Shown one piece after another: positions 1 through 8,428 of a DNA stretch of 64,000 nucleotides. The DNA comes from Candidatus Daviesbacteria bacterium. GTDB lineage: Bacteria; Patescibacteriota; Microgenomatia; Daviesbacterales; UBA10151. Where the stretch lies: NCBI GenBank assembly GCA_016187025.1, contig JACPKM010000001.1, positions 384,055-448,054 of the forward strand. The letters run 5' to 3'. Within the stretch, counting starts at the first letter, position 1. Every line of letters begins with the position of its first letter. The translations under genes were made by a program, and so were the position numbers. A model generated the notes under the pieces. It was not told the origin of the DNA. It was given only the letters and a program-made list of their open reading frames with translations, and ran no database searches.

Positions 1-84
1 AGGCTATTTTGAGCCTAATTCTTCAAAATGATAATAGTTATTTGCAACTTATCAACTATGTTAAAAAGCTTAAATTAGAATTAA

Positions 85-112
85 CTACCGCAAAGCCTTA
101 AGTTTGTGGTAG
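85..112. repeat. Palindromic hairpin CTACCGCAAA-N8-TTTGTGGTAG just downstream of the 126..1712 gene; REP/IS200-IS605-end-like unit or terminator
   Basis: 10-bp stem with one G-T pair; shares the AACTACC...GGTA frame with the hairpin at 605-634. Confidence 0.5.
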
Positions 113-125
113 ATTCATTAGGTTA

Positions 126-1712
126 TTAGTTTGTATTTTCTCTAGGAAGAATATAGAGATTTTTTTTGCCTTCATAACCTTTTGCCTCCGTGTACTTATT
201 AAGATATTTATATAAATCTACACCTTCGCAACCCTCACAGTAATAAAAGGTTGGAGGAAAATTGATAAATGCATAATTTACCTGCTTTTGCAGTTTAGGA
301 ATACCTGACATCCAAGTGTAGTAACCAAACAGTTTAGGTAAATGATCGATGTCTGATTGCCAATAAACTAACCAAGCATCAGGAAAAACAAACAATGTAT
401 CTCCGGGCTTTTTTAAATTTTTTATACTTTCTCCGATTTTTGTATGGTTTGAAAAGAATACCTCAAAATCTTTCTTGGCATCCTTTTGGATAAAAAGATT
501 TTGTTTTGCATACGAAAAACTTAAATTTAAAGCAATCACAAAAAGTAGAATGTTTAATCCTTTGAAAAACAGTGATGAATTACTCTTAATCTGTTTTACA
601 AATGAACTACCCTGCAGCAGAGCTGCGAGGTATCGCAAGCGAAAGTTCTTGTTACCAAGTTGTAACCGCGCAGTAAGTCTTCGATCCTGAGTCCTCAGAC
701 CGAAGGACTGCTCGGTATTATGTAACAATAAAACAGATGTAATAAAAACCAAAGAAGCATACCAGGGTAAAAGATGAAAACCTCCAGCATGACCTTCTCC
801 TGGACGGATAAAGCGTAGATTAAGAAGCCCTGAAAGAATAATGATTGTAACTGTTAGAAAAAACTTTCTTTTAAAAAGAAAATATACAAGGTTTAATATC
901 AAAGTAATAGAAAGAATTCTTATTAATTTTAAATTATCATTTGGACTGCTGTCTTGAAATGAAAGTATAGGTGAGGCAAATGATTGTGTTATAGCGCTGA
1001 TCCAATACTCTTTGGTTTGGGGTACCATATTTTCTAAGTTACCAAAAAAATAATGCTGGAAGAAACCAGGTATATTTATAAAGGGAAGCACTAGTAGAAA
1101 AAATGCGAAGGCTCCAGATAATCCAAAAATAAGTGATTTTTTAGAGTTGATTAAAAAAAGAAGGGTAAGAAAAAATATTGCCGGATAAATTGGACCTAAT
1201 GTCAAAGTCAAAAAGGCAATAAGGCTTCCTGAAAAAAATAATTCAAAAGCTCTTAATGGAATTTTTCTAAAAATAGATAGTCCTATTAAAAACACCAGCG
1301 GATAGACAACAATTGTTTCTGCTAAAAAAAGATTACCATAGAAATGGATTTTAGTAAGCTCGTAAATGAAAACAAAGATTAGTCCGGCAAGCCCAAAATA
1401 GAAGACTAATATAATAGACCAAATTGCTGACCAGTTTATAATGGCTGTTCTTTGACTTTTGATTAATGCATAAGTTGTGTCTGGATTTTCCTTTTTCTGC
1501 AGCAGGCCGCTTAATATATGAGTGACAGGTTGATGGTTTGTGATAATGTCATCATATAAAATTTCTCCTTTTGCCAAATATTTTCCAATGGCAAAATTAT
1601 ATTCTTCGTCTACAAACTTAGTTGAAAAAATTACGTTTTTATATGCTTGCCCGGTTACAAAAAGAAGTATTAAAACAAAAATAAAAAGAAAATATCTTAT
1701 TTGCGGATACAT
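126..1712 (-). CDS. Polytopic membrane protein, probable GT-C-fold (ArnT/PMT-like) glycosyltransferase, carrying an in-frame DNA insertion
   Basis: N-terminal TM followed by a DE motif (FVDEEYN), LYxDI..HQP, many TM helices, soluble C-terminal domain. Confidence 0.65.
   Translation of the reverse strand: MYPQIRYFLFIFVLILLFVTGQAYKNVIFSTKFVDEEYNFAIGKYLAKGEILYDDIITNHQPVTHILSGLLQKKENPDTTYALIKSQRTAIINWSAIWSIILVFYFGLAGLIFVFIYELTKIHFYGNLFLAETIVVYPLVFLIGLSIFRKIPLRAFELFFSGSLIAFLTLTLGPIYPAIFFLTLLFLINSKKSLIFGLSGAFAFFLLVLPFINIPGFFQHYFFGNLENMVPQTKEYWISAITQSFASPILSFQDSSPNDNLKLIRILSITLILNLVYFLFKRKFFLTVTIIILSGLLNLRFIRPGEGHAGGFHLLPWYASLVFITSVLLLHNTEQSFGLRTQDRRLTARLQLGNKNFRLRYLAALLQGSSFVKQIKSNSSLFFKGLNILLFVIALNLSFSYAKQNLFIQKDAKKDFEVFFSNHTKIGESIKNLKKPGDTLFVFPDAWLVYWQSDIDHLPKLFGYYTWMSGIPKLQKQVNYAFINFPPTFYYCEGCEGVDLYKYLNKYTEAKGYEGKKNLYILPRENTN
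604..716. mobile_element. GC-rich composite palindromic element (REP/MITE-like) inserted in frame in the 126..1712 CDS
   Basis: Hairpin TACCCTGCAGC-AGA-GCTGCGAGGTA, then ACCGCGCAG...CTGCTCGGT enclosing a nested CTTCG-ATC-CTGAG-TC-CTCAG-AC-CGAAG; encodes an Arg-rich ~38-aa stretch between TM helices. Confidence 0.6.
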
Positions 1713-3191
1713 TTATTTGCTGATTTTATAGATAATAATATTTTCCATTTTAAAAACTCCTCTATCTTTAAAATATTCCCGTCCAAATTCTTCAGTTGCC
1801 CACATTTTAAACTTATCGATATCGTAAAAAGGAGTTTCAGCAAAAATTAATAAAGTACCTGCACTTCTATAATCATATTCTGAGTTTGGGTAAAAGCCAT
1901 ATTTTCTAAAGAAAAACCGGTATTCAAATCCCGTTGGAACTTTGGCATAAGCATCAGCAACTCTAATTAAATTAAATCCCCTGTCTTTGTTTACTAATTT
2001 TTTTTCTATTGAATATTTAACAGCTTGGTCTATTTTTTCAACCAATCCATCAGAATCTTTATATAAACCAATTGGGAAATAAAAGATATTTATTAGTACA
2101 AAGATAGCAAGTACATAAAAGAAGTGGGAGTTTAAAATTATTAGTACACTTGCAAAAGAGATAAAAAACATTACCCCAAATAAATAGTGGTTTTCATAAT
2201 GGAAAAACATTAAAGGAAACAACAAACTCAAACTCAGTATTAAACAAATAAACAAAAAAACATTCTGTTTAAAAATGCCTTTGCGCTTTTCTTTTAAAGT
2301 TTTTAGCTGATAAGCGATAACCAAAAATGGTAGTACTAAAAAACCAATAAAGTTAAAGTTGGTAAATTCTTTAAACTTATCAAGCAGATAGAAGGATATA
2401 CTAATAAGTTTATTAGAATGTAGAGCAAGTTGAGGTTTGTTTGGACTATTTATATATGAGCTCAAAGAGTTGTTGATGAATGTATCCCTGGTCATTATAA
2501 AGCCATGTTTTATTTCAAAGGCAACTAAAGGTAAAAAAGTAATAAGTGCTCCAAAAAGAAAGTAGAAGAAGGTTTTCTTAACTTTTATACAATATAGAAG
2601 GTAACAAGAAATAAAAAAAGTTGGAAAGATACTTGCCGGATGAATATTTACAATTATTCCAGCCAAAACTCCCAGTAAAAAAATTGCTATCTTGCTTCTA
2701 TAACTATAGAAAAATACTAATGTGGCAAAAATCAGCAAAAATGGAAAGTAAGTATAACCATTGCTGGGATGTCTTGCGCTCAAGACAAAAAATGGTAAAA
2801 GGACAATAGTTAAGCAAGCAAGAGTTGCTTGCCAAACACCAATTTTTTTTGAAATTGTAATGTATAAAAAGCTCACAGCTATGGAAAAGAGGATTGCATG
2901 AGAATATAAAACAGCACCAATACTGTAGTTGCTTAAAAGTAAAACTGGAGCAAGTAAATAGTAAAAGTAAGGCCCTGCATAATACCCGCCAAAATTCATC
3001 TTTGGGCCAATTAGCACTAAATCTGCCTGGGTAATCCGCAAAGAATGGTACATGTCTCTGCCAAAGTCAGTAGTCAGCAAAAAGGCATTAGGTAAGTTGT
3101 AAGTATATATTATAATGATTGTGAGAAAAAATACTGTTATAACCAGATAATTTTTAAAAAAGTTGATCATTGTTATCATTTGATTATACAA
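1713..3191 (-). CDS. GT-C-fold (family 39/83-like) membrane glycosyltransferase; true start probably a few codons downstream
   Basis: DFGRD...LIGP...GPYFYYLLAP signature; about 12 TM helices. Confidence 0.75.
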   Translation of the reverse strand: MYNQMITMINFFKNYLVITVFFLTIIIIYTYNLPNAFLLTTDFGRDMYHSLRITQADLVLIGPKMNFGGYYAGPYFYYLLAPVLLLSNYSIGAVLYSHAILFSIAVSFLYITISKKIGVWQATLACLTIVLLPFFVLSARHPSNGYTYFPFLLIFATLVFFYSYRSKIAIFLLGVLAGIIVNIHPASIFPTFFISCYLLYCIKVKKTFFYFLFGALITFLPLVAFEIKHGFIMTRDTFINNSLSSYINSPNKPQLALHSNKLISISFYLLDKFKEFTNFNFIGFLVLPFLVIAYQLKTLKEKRKGIFKQNVFLFICLILSLSLLFPLMFFHYENHYLFGVMFFISFASVLIILNSHFFYVLAIFVLINIFYFPIGLYKDSDGLVEKIDQAVKYSIEKKLVNKDRGFNLIRVADAYAKVPTGFEYRFFFRKYGFYPNSEYDYRSAGTLLIFAETPFYDIDKFKMWATEEFGREYFKDRGVFKMENIIIYKISK

Positions 3192-3244
3192 AGTAATTTA
3201 TTTTAATGATAAGAGATATTTTTCATGTAAAAATATTTCGAATA

Positions 3245-3252
3245 GGAGGTGA
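3245..3252 (+). promoter_or_regulatory. Strong Shine-Dalgarno AGGAGGTG
   Basis: 6 nt upstream of ATG 3259. Confidence 0.75.
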
Positions 3253-3258
3253 AAAGTT

Positions 3259-3447
3259 ATGTGTTACAACTGTGGTTGTGGAATGCCAGATGATGATATG
3301 GGTAAAGGAAATGCGGGACTAGACCCAAAGGGTAAATCAATTACCAACAAAACCTTTGAAGAAGCGGCAAAGTCCCAAGGAATGAGTGTTGAGGATGCAA
3401 AAAAAGAAGCGCTTAAATTACTAAAAAAGGATCTAGGCGAGAGCTGA
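3259..3447 (+). CDS. Small 62-aa protein with N-terminal CxxCxC, possibly metal-binding
   Basis: MCYNCGCG start, strong SD, charged helical C-terminus. Confidence 0.8.
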   Translation: MCYNCGCGMPDDDMGKGNAGLDPKGKSITNKTFEEAAKSQGMSVEDAKKEALKLLKKDLGES

Positions 3448-3491
3448 TAATACTTGATTTTAATAACTTAGTAGAGATACTATTGATTTAG

Positions 3492-3824
3492 ATGAGGATT
3501 TTAATTCATTGGCTAATAAGCGGATTGGCAGTTTTATCAGCAGCTTATATCCTGCCTGGGGTTCATGTTTCCGGAATATTTGCAGCCTTGATTGTGGCAC
3601 TGGTTCTGGGAATTATTAATGCGTCTTTAAAACCTGTAATTTTGCTCTTAACTCTTCCCATTAACTTGCTTACCTTAGGATTGTTTACTTTAGTTATTAA
3701 TGGCTTATTAATTCTGCTTGCTGCTTCGATTGTTCCAGGTTTTAGGGTAGATGGATTTTTGTGGGCATTTTTATTTAGTATAGTTTTGTCTATCATCAAC
3801 TATTTCCTGTTTAAGCTTCTTTAA
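3492..3824 (+). CDS. YvlD / 4-TM 'phage holin family' membrane protein
   Basis: ALVLGIINA..KP...LTLPINLLTLGLFTLVING...VPGFxVDGF signature. Confidence 0.85.
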   Translation: MRILIHWLISGLAVLSAAYILPGVHVSGIFAALIVALVLGIINASLKPVILLLTLPINLLTLGLFTLVINGLLILLAASIVPGFRVDGFLWAFLFSIVLSIINYFLFKLL

Positions 3825-3830
3825 ATCCAC

Positions 3831-3859
3831 AAAAAATCCCGCACAAAGCGGGATTTCTT
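3831..3859. terminator. Intrinsic terminator hairpin; the stronger U-tract is on the minus strand
   Basis: AAATCCCGC-ACAAA-GCGGGATTT, flanked by A6 on the left and TTTCTT on the right. Confidence 0.75.
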
Positions 3860-3945
3860 GAAAACCTACTAAAAAATAGGCATATATATTAATACAAGCT
3901 TTATTATATTTAGTCAACTGGATCGTAGTGGATCAAGTTAAACAA

Positions 3946-3974
3946 TTTACAATTTATCATCTACACTTTAAAAT
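3946..3974 (+). promoter_or_regulatory. Sigma70-type promoter of the rpiB operon, probably leaderless
   Basis: TTTACA-17 nt-TAAAAT, then 6 nt to ATG 3981. Confidence 0.65.
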
Positions 3975-3980
3975 AAGTTT

Positions 3981-4481
3981 ATGGTGTATTTGGCAACTGA
4001 TCATGCCGGGTTTGAGTTAAAAGAGAAAGTAAAGGAATTTCTACAAAAAGAGGGTTACGAGGTAGAGGATTGTGGAGCGTTTGAGTTTGATAAAAACGAC
4101 GATTATCCGGATTTTATTTCTGTTGCTGCCAAAAAAGTTTCTCAGGATCCCCAAGGTGTGGCTATTATTTTTGGAAATTCCGGGCAGGGTGAGGCGATGG
4201 TGGCCAATAAGTATAAAAACGTCAGAGCTGCTTTGTTTTATGGCCCAGTATTACCAGTAAAGGCAGTGGATGCTTCAGGTAGAGAAAGTGCAGATCCTTT
4301 TGAGATGGTGAGGCTTACTCGTGAACATAATCATGCAAACGTACTCTCTCTTGGAGCAAGCTTTTTAACCGAGCAACAAGCCTTTGATGTTATAAAGAAG
4401 TGGTTAAACACTAAATCTAGCGGTGAAGAGCGTCATGTAAGAAGAGTAAATAAAATTAAGCAGATCGAGGAAAATTTATAG
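3981..4481 (+). CDS. rpiB: Ribose-5-phosphate isomerase B (RpiB/LacAB family)
   Basis: ATDHAG, DDYPD, GxGEAMVANK, REHNHANVLSLG, RHxRR; the usual CG(T/S)G motif reads GNSG here. Confidence 0.9.
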   Translation: MVYLATDHAGFELKEKVKEFLQKEGYEVEDCGAFEFDKNDDYPDFISVAAKKVSQDPQGVAIIFGNSGQGEAMVANKYKNVRAALFYGPVLPVKAVDASGRESADPFEMVRLTREHNHANVLSLGASFLTEQQAFDVIKKWLNTKSSGEERHVRRVNKIKQIEENL

Positions 4482-5126
4482 ATGGTTCAGATTATTCCTG
4501 CGGTTCTGGCAACAACAGAAGAAGCCTTCGGGCAGGATTTAGATAAAATTCAATCATCTGATGCTTTAAAAGACGGTTGGGTACATATTGACTTTGCAGA
4601 CAATAAATTTGTTCCAAATCAAACAATTACCCCATCACAGCTAGCAAATCAATCAATTCAGTTAAAAAAAGAGGCACACTTGATGGTAGATAATCCTCTT
4701 GAATGGATAGATGAGCTTGCAAGAGCAGGTTTTGCAAGGATCATTTTTCATCTTGAGGCAAAGGATGATACACTGGAATGTATTAAGGCAATTGAGGTAA
4801 AGGGTTTACAGACAGGCATTGCAATCAATCACCAAACACCGCTCTCTGAAATAGAGCAGTATATAGGTAAGATTGAAGGTGTACTGATGATGGCGATTGA
4901 ACCAGGTTTTCAGGGAAAGCCATTTATACCTGAATCCTTAGAGAAAATCAGGCAATTTAAAGCAAGGGGTTGGCAGGTTAGCTTGGCTGTAGACGGGGCG
5001 GTCAGAGATGAAAACGCCAAACAACTGGTTGAGGCAGGAGTAGACCGTTTGATAGTAGGTTCATTTTTACTGAAAGGAAATTTAGATGAAAATCTGGAAA
5101 GACTTTGGGAAGCTGTTAAAAGCTGA
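4482..5126 (+). CDS. rpe: Ribulose-phosphate 3-epimerase
   Basis: HIDFAD..FVPN, HLMV, MAIEPGFQG, VDG, VGS motifs. Confidence 0.9.
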   Translation: MVQIIPAVLATTEEAFGQDLDKIQSSDALKDGWVHIDFADNKFVPNQTITPSQLANQSIQLKKEAHLMVDNPLEWIDELARAGFARIIFHLEAKDDTLECIKAIEVKGLQTGIAINHQTPLSEIEQYIGKIEGVLMMAIEPGFQGKPFIPESLEKIRQFKARGWQVSLAVDGAVRDENAKQLVEAGVDRLIVGSFLLKGNLDENLERLWEAVKS

Positions 5127-5766
5127 AAAAGAAGATATTAAAAAAGCTAAAAGCATTGAATCTGTAGCCATATTTGGTTATGCAGATTCAATAGAGAGTG
5201 ATTCTTTATACAAAAGCGTTGTGGCAGTGGCTCGCAAGCTTGCAGAAGCAGGTTATACAGTAGTTGATGGTGGAGGCCCAGGAGTCATGAAAGCAGCTAC
5301 GGTAGGTGCAAAGCTGGGTGGAGGCCATGTTGTTGGAGTAACCCTTTATCCAAAAGATATGGATAATTTTGAAGGTAGGGATAAAACTAATCTCTTCGAC
5401 GAAGAGATAAAAACCGACAATTACGTAGAAAGGACCTTAAGTTTGATGAAAGAGGGTCAGGTTTATGTAGTGTTTAAAGGAGGGACAGGAACTATTTCAG
5501 AGTTTGGAATGGCATGGGGCCTGGCCCGACTTTATTTTGGCCATCATAAGCCTTTAATACTGTATGGTAAGTTTTGGAAAAATATAATTGAGGCTTTTAA
5601 GGAAAATATGTTTTTGCGCCCTGAAGATTTAAAGGTATATAAAGTTGTTGATTCACCAACTGGGGTTTTGAAAGCGATAAATGAATTCGAGGAAGAAATC
5701 AAAAGAGGAGAGCACAAAAATTTAGTAGCTTCAAAAAATAAGGACCTTCTGCGCAGTTCAGTATGA
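5086..5766 (+). CDS. LOG / lysine-decarboxylase-like (SLOG) Rossmann protein
   Basis: VAIFG, DGGGPGVMKAA, GGTGTISE, KPLILYG. Confidence 0.8.
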   Translation: MKIWKDFGKLLKAEKEDIKKAKSIESVAIFGYADSIESDSLYKSVVAVARKLAEAGYTVVDGGGPGVMKAATVGAKLGGGHVVGVTLYPKDMDNFEGRDKTNLFDEEIKTDNYVERTLSLMKEGQVYVVFKGGTGTISEFGMAWGLARLYFGHHKPLILYGKFWKNIIEAFKENMFLRPEDLKVYKVVDSPTGVLKAINEFEEEIKRGEHKNLVASKNKDLLRSSV

Positions 5767-5824
5767 CAAATTATACTTTGTGCTTGCAGAATCTTGCCTT
5801 TTTAGCTACGCTAAAAACGTAACT

Positions 5825-6709
5825 ATGTTAACTGCCCAGCAAGTCAAAGATTTAGAGCTTAAAGCAAATACTATCCGCCAAGATATCATAAAAATGCTAG
5901 TTGAAGCTGGATCCGGTCATTCTGCCGGGCCTTTGGGTATGGCGGATATTTTTACAGCTTTGTATTTTAATATCTTAAACCACGATCCAAAAAATCCCAA
6001 CTGGGACCAAAGAGACAGGTTAGTTTTATCAAATGGTCATATCTGTCCGGTTTTATATGCTAGTATGGCGCATGCCGGTTATTTTCCTGTATCAGAGTTA
6101 AAAAGTTTGAGAAAACTAGGATCTCGTTTACAAGGACATCCTCACAGACGATCACTTCCAGGTTTAGAAACAACCTCAGGTCCCTTAGGCTCGGGTTTGT
6201 CTCAGGCTTCAGGAATGGCAATGGCGGGATTGATGGAAAGAGTCAAATGGTGGGTTTATTGTTTAACCTCTGATGGTGAGCACCAGGAGGGTAATACCTG
6301 GGAAGCAGTGATGTTTGCTGGAAAGTATAAGTTACATAATCTAACAGTAATTATTGACAGAAATAATATCCAAATCGACGGATTTACCGAAGAAGTTATG
6401 CCCCTGGAGCCTTTAAAGGAAAAGTACGAAGCTTTTGGCTGGTATGTTTTAGAAATCGATGGACATAACTTTAACCAAATAGTGGATGCTTGCAATCAAG
6501 CAAAGACAATTTTTAATAAGCCGGTAGTCATCATTGCCCATACTATTGCCGGCAAAGGAGTGGATTTTATGGAAAATGACTTTAAATGGCATGGAGCGCC
6601 TCCGGGAATTTCTAATATGGCGGGTGAACCACCAAAAGAGGATCAGGTAAAAATCGCCTTAAAAGAGCTAAGAACTTTACAAGGAAAGATTCGGTCAGAA
6701 CATGAATGA
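5825..6709 (+). CDS. Transketolase, N-terminal (TPP-binding) subunit
   Basis: GSGH, RDRLVLSNGH, LQGHP, SDGExQEG.WEA..A...L.N, HTIAGKG; ATG 5825 preferred as start. Confidence 0.93.
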   Translation: MLTAQQVKDLELKANTIRQDIIKMLVEAGSGHSAGPLGMADIFTALYFNILNHDPKNPNWDQRDRLVLSNGHICPVLYASMAHAGYFPVSELKSLRKLGSRLQGHPHRRSLPGLETTSGPLGSGLSQASGMAMAGLMERVKWWVYCLTSDGEHQEGNTWEAVMFAGKYKLHNLTVIIDRNNIQIDGFTEEVMPLEPLKEKYEAFGWYVLEIDGHNFNQIVDACNQAKTIFNKPVVIIAHTIAGKGVDFMENDFKWHGAPPGISNMAGEPPKEDQVKIALKELRTLQGKIRSEHE

Positions 6710-7709
6710 TTTATTTTTAAATCCTAAATTATTTGATGAAGATATTGAGCAAGTTCCCTCCAGAAATGGGTTTGGAGAAGGGCTGGTGATTGCTGGGGAA
6801 GAAAATAAAAATATAGTGGCACTGTGTGCAGATTTAACAGAAAGCACTAGGATAGAGGAGTTTAAGAAAAAGTTTCCTGACAGGTATATAGAAGTAGGTG
6901 TGGCAGAACAAAACTTAGTAACAGTAGCCTCTGGTATGGCAGCAGTTGGCAAAATTCCATTTACAACATCTTATGCTACCTTTTCCCCAGGAAGAAATTG
7001 GGAACAGATCAGAACAACCATCTGTTACAACGACCAACCAGTAAAAATTATCGGCTCCCATGCTGGAATTTCTGTAGGTCCGGATGGTGCAACTCATCAG
7101 GCATTGGAAGATTTAGCTTTAATGAGGGTGTTGCCAAATATGGTAGTTATTTCTCCTGCTGATTCAATTGAGGCCAAAAAAGCAACCCTTGCTATAGCCA
7201 AGCTCAACAAACCCTGTTATTTAAGATTATCCAGAGACAAAGTCCCTGTTATTACCACAGATCAAACTTCATTTGAGATTGGCAAAGCTGAGGTTTTTTA
7301 TGAGGGAAATCCTTCGGCAAGTTCAGGACGCTGTGCGGATGTAGTAGTTATAGCCACAGGGCAGATGGTTTATAGAGCCTTACTTGCAGCCAAAGAGCTT
7401 GAATCGCATAATATTTCTGTCCGGGTAATAAATTGTCACACCGTCAAACCTCTTGATAAAAAAACTATTTTGAAAGCTGCAGAAGAAACAGGAGCAATAG
7501 TTACAGTTGAAGAGCATCAAGTAAGTGGGGGACTGGGTGGAGCTGTATCAGAGCTTGTCTCTCAGTTTTACCCAGTTCCAATAAAAATTTTAGGTATAGA
7601 AGATCATTTTGGAGAATCTGGAAAACCAGATGAACTGTTAAATAAGTTTGGTTTAACAAAGGAAAATATTATAAAAGCTGTAATTCAGGTTCTTCGTATG
7701 AAAAACTAG
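6702..7709 (+). CDS. Transketolase, C-terminal subunit, with a ~10-aa repeat-derived insertion
   Basis: GVAEQN, GPDGATHQ, TVEEH..GGLG, FGESG. Confidence 0.93.
   Translation: MNDLFLNPKLFDEDIEQVPSRNGFGEGLVIAGEENKNIVALCADLTESTRIEEFKKKFPDRYIEVGVAEQNLVTVASGMAAVGKIPFTTSYATFSPGRNWEQIRTTICYNDQPVKIIGSHAGISVGPDGATHQALEDLALMRVLPNMVVISPADSIEAKKATLAIAKLNKPCYLRLSRDKVPVITTDQTSFEIGKAEVFYEGNPSASSGRCADVVVIATGQMVYRALLAAKELESHNISVRVINCHTVKPLDKKTILKAAEETGAIVTVEEHQVSGGLGGAVSELVSQFYPVPIKILGIEDHFGESGKPDELLNKFGLTKENIIKAVIQVLRMKN
7309..7329 (+). repeat. ATCCTTC-N7-TCAGGAC short imperfect palindrome inserted in frame (encodes NPSASSG)
   Basis: Matches the copy at 7769-7789 at both 7-nt ends; sits in the EG..DV loop. 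Confidence 0.6.
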
Positions 7710-7722
7710 GATATTCCAAAAT

Positions 7723-7751
7723 TTGACATTAATTTTTCATTGTATTATTAT
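7723..7751 (+). promoter_or_regulatory. Sigma70 promoter of the copper operon
   Basis: TTGACA (7723)-17 nt-TATTAT (7746). Confidence 0.75.
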
Positions 7752-7770
7752 ATCCCCTATAGGGGGATAT
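7750..7770. promoter_or_regulatory. CsoR operator
   Basis: ATATCCCCTATAGGGGGATAT, a C-tract/G-tract pseudo-palindrome typical of CsoR boxes, overlapping the predicted TSS upstream of csoR. Confidence 0.8.
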
Positions 7771-7792
7771 CCTTCAATAGACTCAGGACAAG
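7769..7792 (+). repeat. Second ATCCTTC-N7-TCAGGAC(AAG) repeat copy, in the csoR 5' leader
   Basis: ATCCTTCAATAGACTCAGGACAAG between the operator and ATG 7794. Confidence 0.55.
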
Positions 7793-7793
7793 T

Positions 7794-8069
7794 ATGGCTT
7801 TTAAACCAAAAAATACTCACGAACGAATTTTACATAGATTAAAGATTGCCCAAGGCCATTTAGCCAAGGTTATTCAAATGGCGCAGTCCGGTCATTATTG
7901 TATTGATATATTGCATCAATCAAATGCTGTACAGAAAGCTTTAAAAGAAGCGGATTTGGTAATTTTAAAAAACCATCTGGAAACTTGTGCCTCAGATGCT
8001 ATTAAAAAGGGCAAAAATAAAGAAGCCATCTCAGAAATCATGAATGTTTTAGAAAGGAGTAACTTGTGA
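7794..8069 (+). CDS. csoR: CsoR/RcnR-family copper-sensing repressor
   Basis: RLKIAQGHL...YCIDIL.Q..AV......HLETC (C-H-C copper ligands); heads the copA operon. Confidence 0.88.
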   Translation: MAFKPKNTHERILHRLKIAQGHLAKVIQMAQSGHYCIDILHQSNAVQKALKEADLVILKNHLETCASDAIKKGKNKEAISEIMNVLERSNL

Positions 8070-8428
8070 GTTTGGATAAAATATTGGTAATTGCCTTAGG
8101 AAGCTTTGGAATAGTTTTTACTTACTGGTTTTTCCTTCTAAGAAAAGAAAAAAAGGAAGTGGCTGTTAAAAATGAGGTAGATATAGCTGTTGAAGGCGGT
8201 TACAATCCGCAAGTTATCTCAATTCCCAAAGGAAAAACTACAAAAATAAATTTTTTCAGAAAAGATTCCTCAACTTGTCTAGAAGAAGTTGTTTTATCTG
8301 ATTTTAAAATCAGAAAATATCTGCCCCTTGGCAAAAAAGTGACTGTTGAGCTAAACCCTCAAAAAGAGGGGGAGTATCCATTTGAGTGCGGAATGAATAT
8401 GTTTCACGGAAAGGTGATAGTGAGATGA
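8066..8428 (+). CDS. Membrane-anchored cupredoxin (CupA-like)
   Basis: N-terminal TM; [19 protein letters not shown]. Confidence 0.85.
   Translation: MSLDKILVIALGSFGIVFTYWFFLLRKEKKEVAVKNEVDIAVEGGYNPQVISIPKGKTTKINFFRKDSSTCLEEVVLSDFKIRKYLPLGKKVTVELNPQKEGEYPFECGMNMFHGKVIVR

Noticed and set aside
3492-3824. 'Phage holin' as a sign of a prophage
   Set aside because: YvlD-type proteins are common chromosomal membrane proteins, and no phage genes lie nearby.
7740-7793. Upstream extension of csoR given by the ORF track (similarly tktN 5780, copA 8386, greA 37809, lysS 41102)
   Set aside because: The extensions run through promoter or operator sequence or the upstream gene; downstream ATGs fit the family N-termini.
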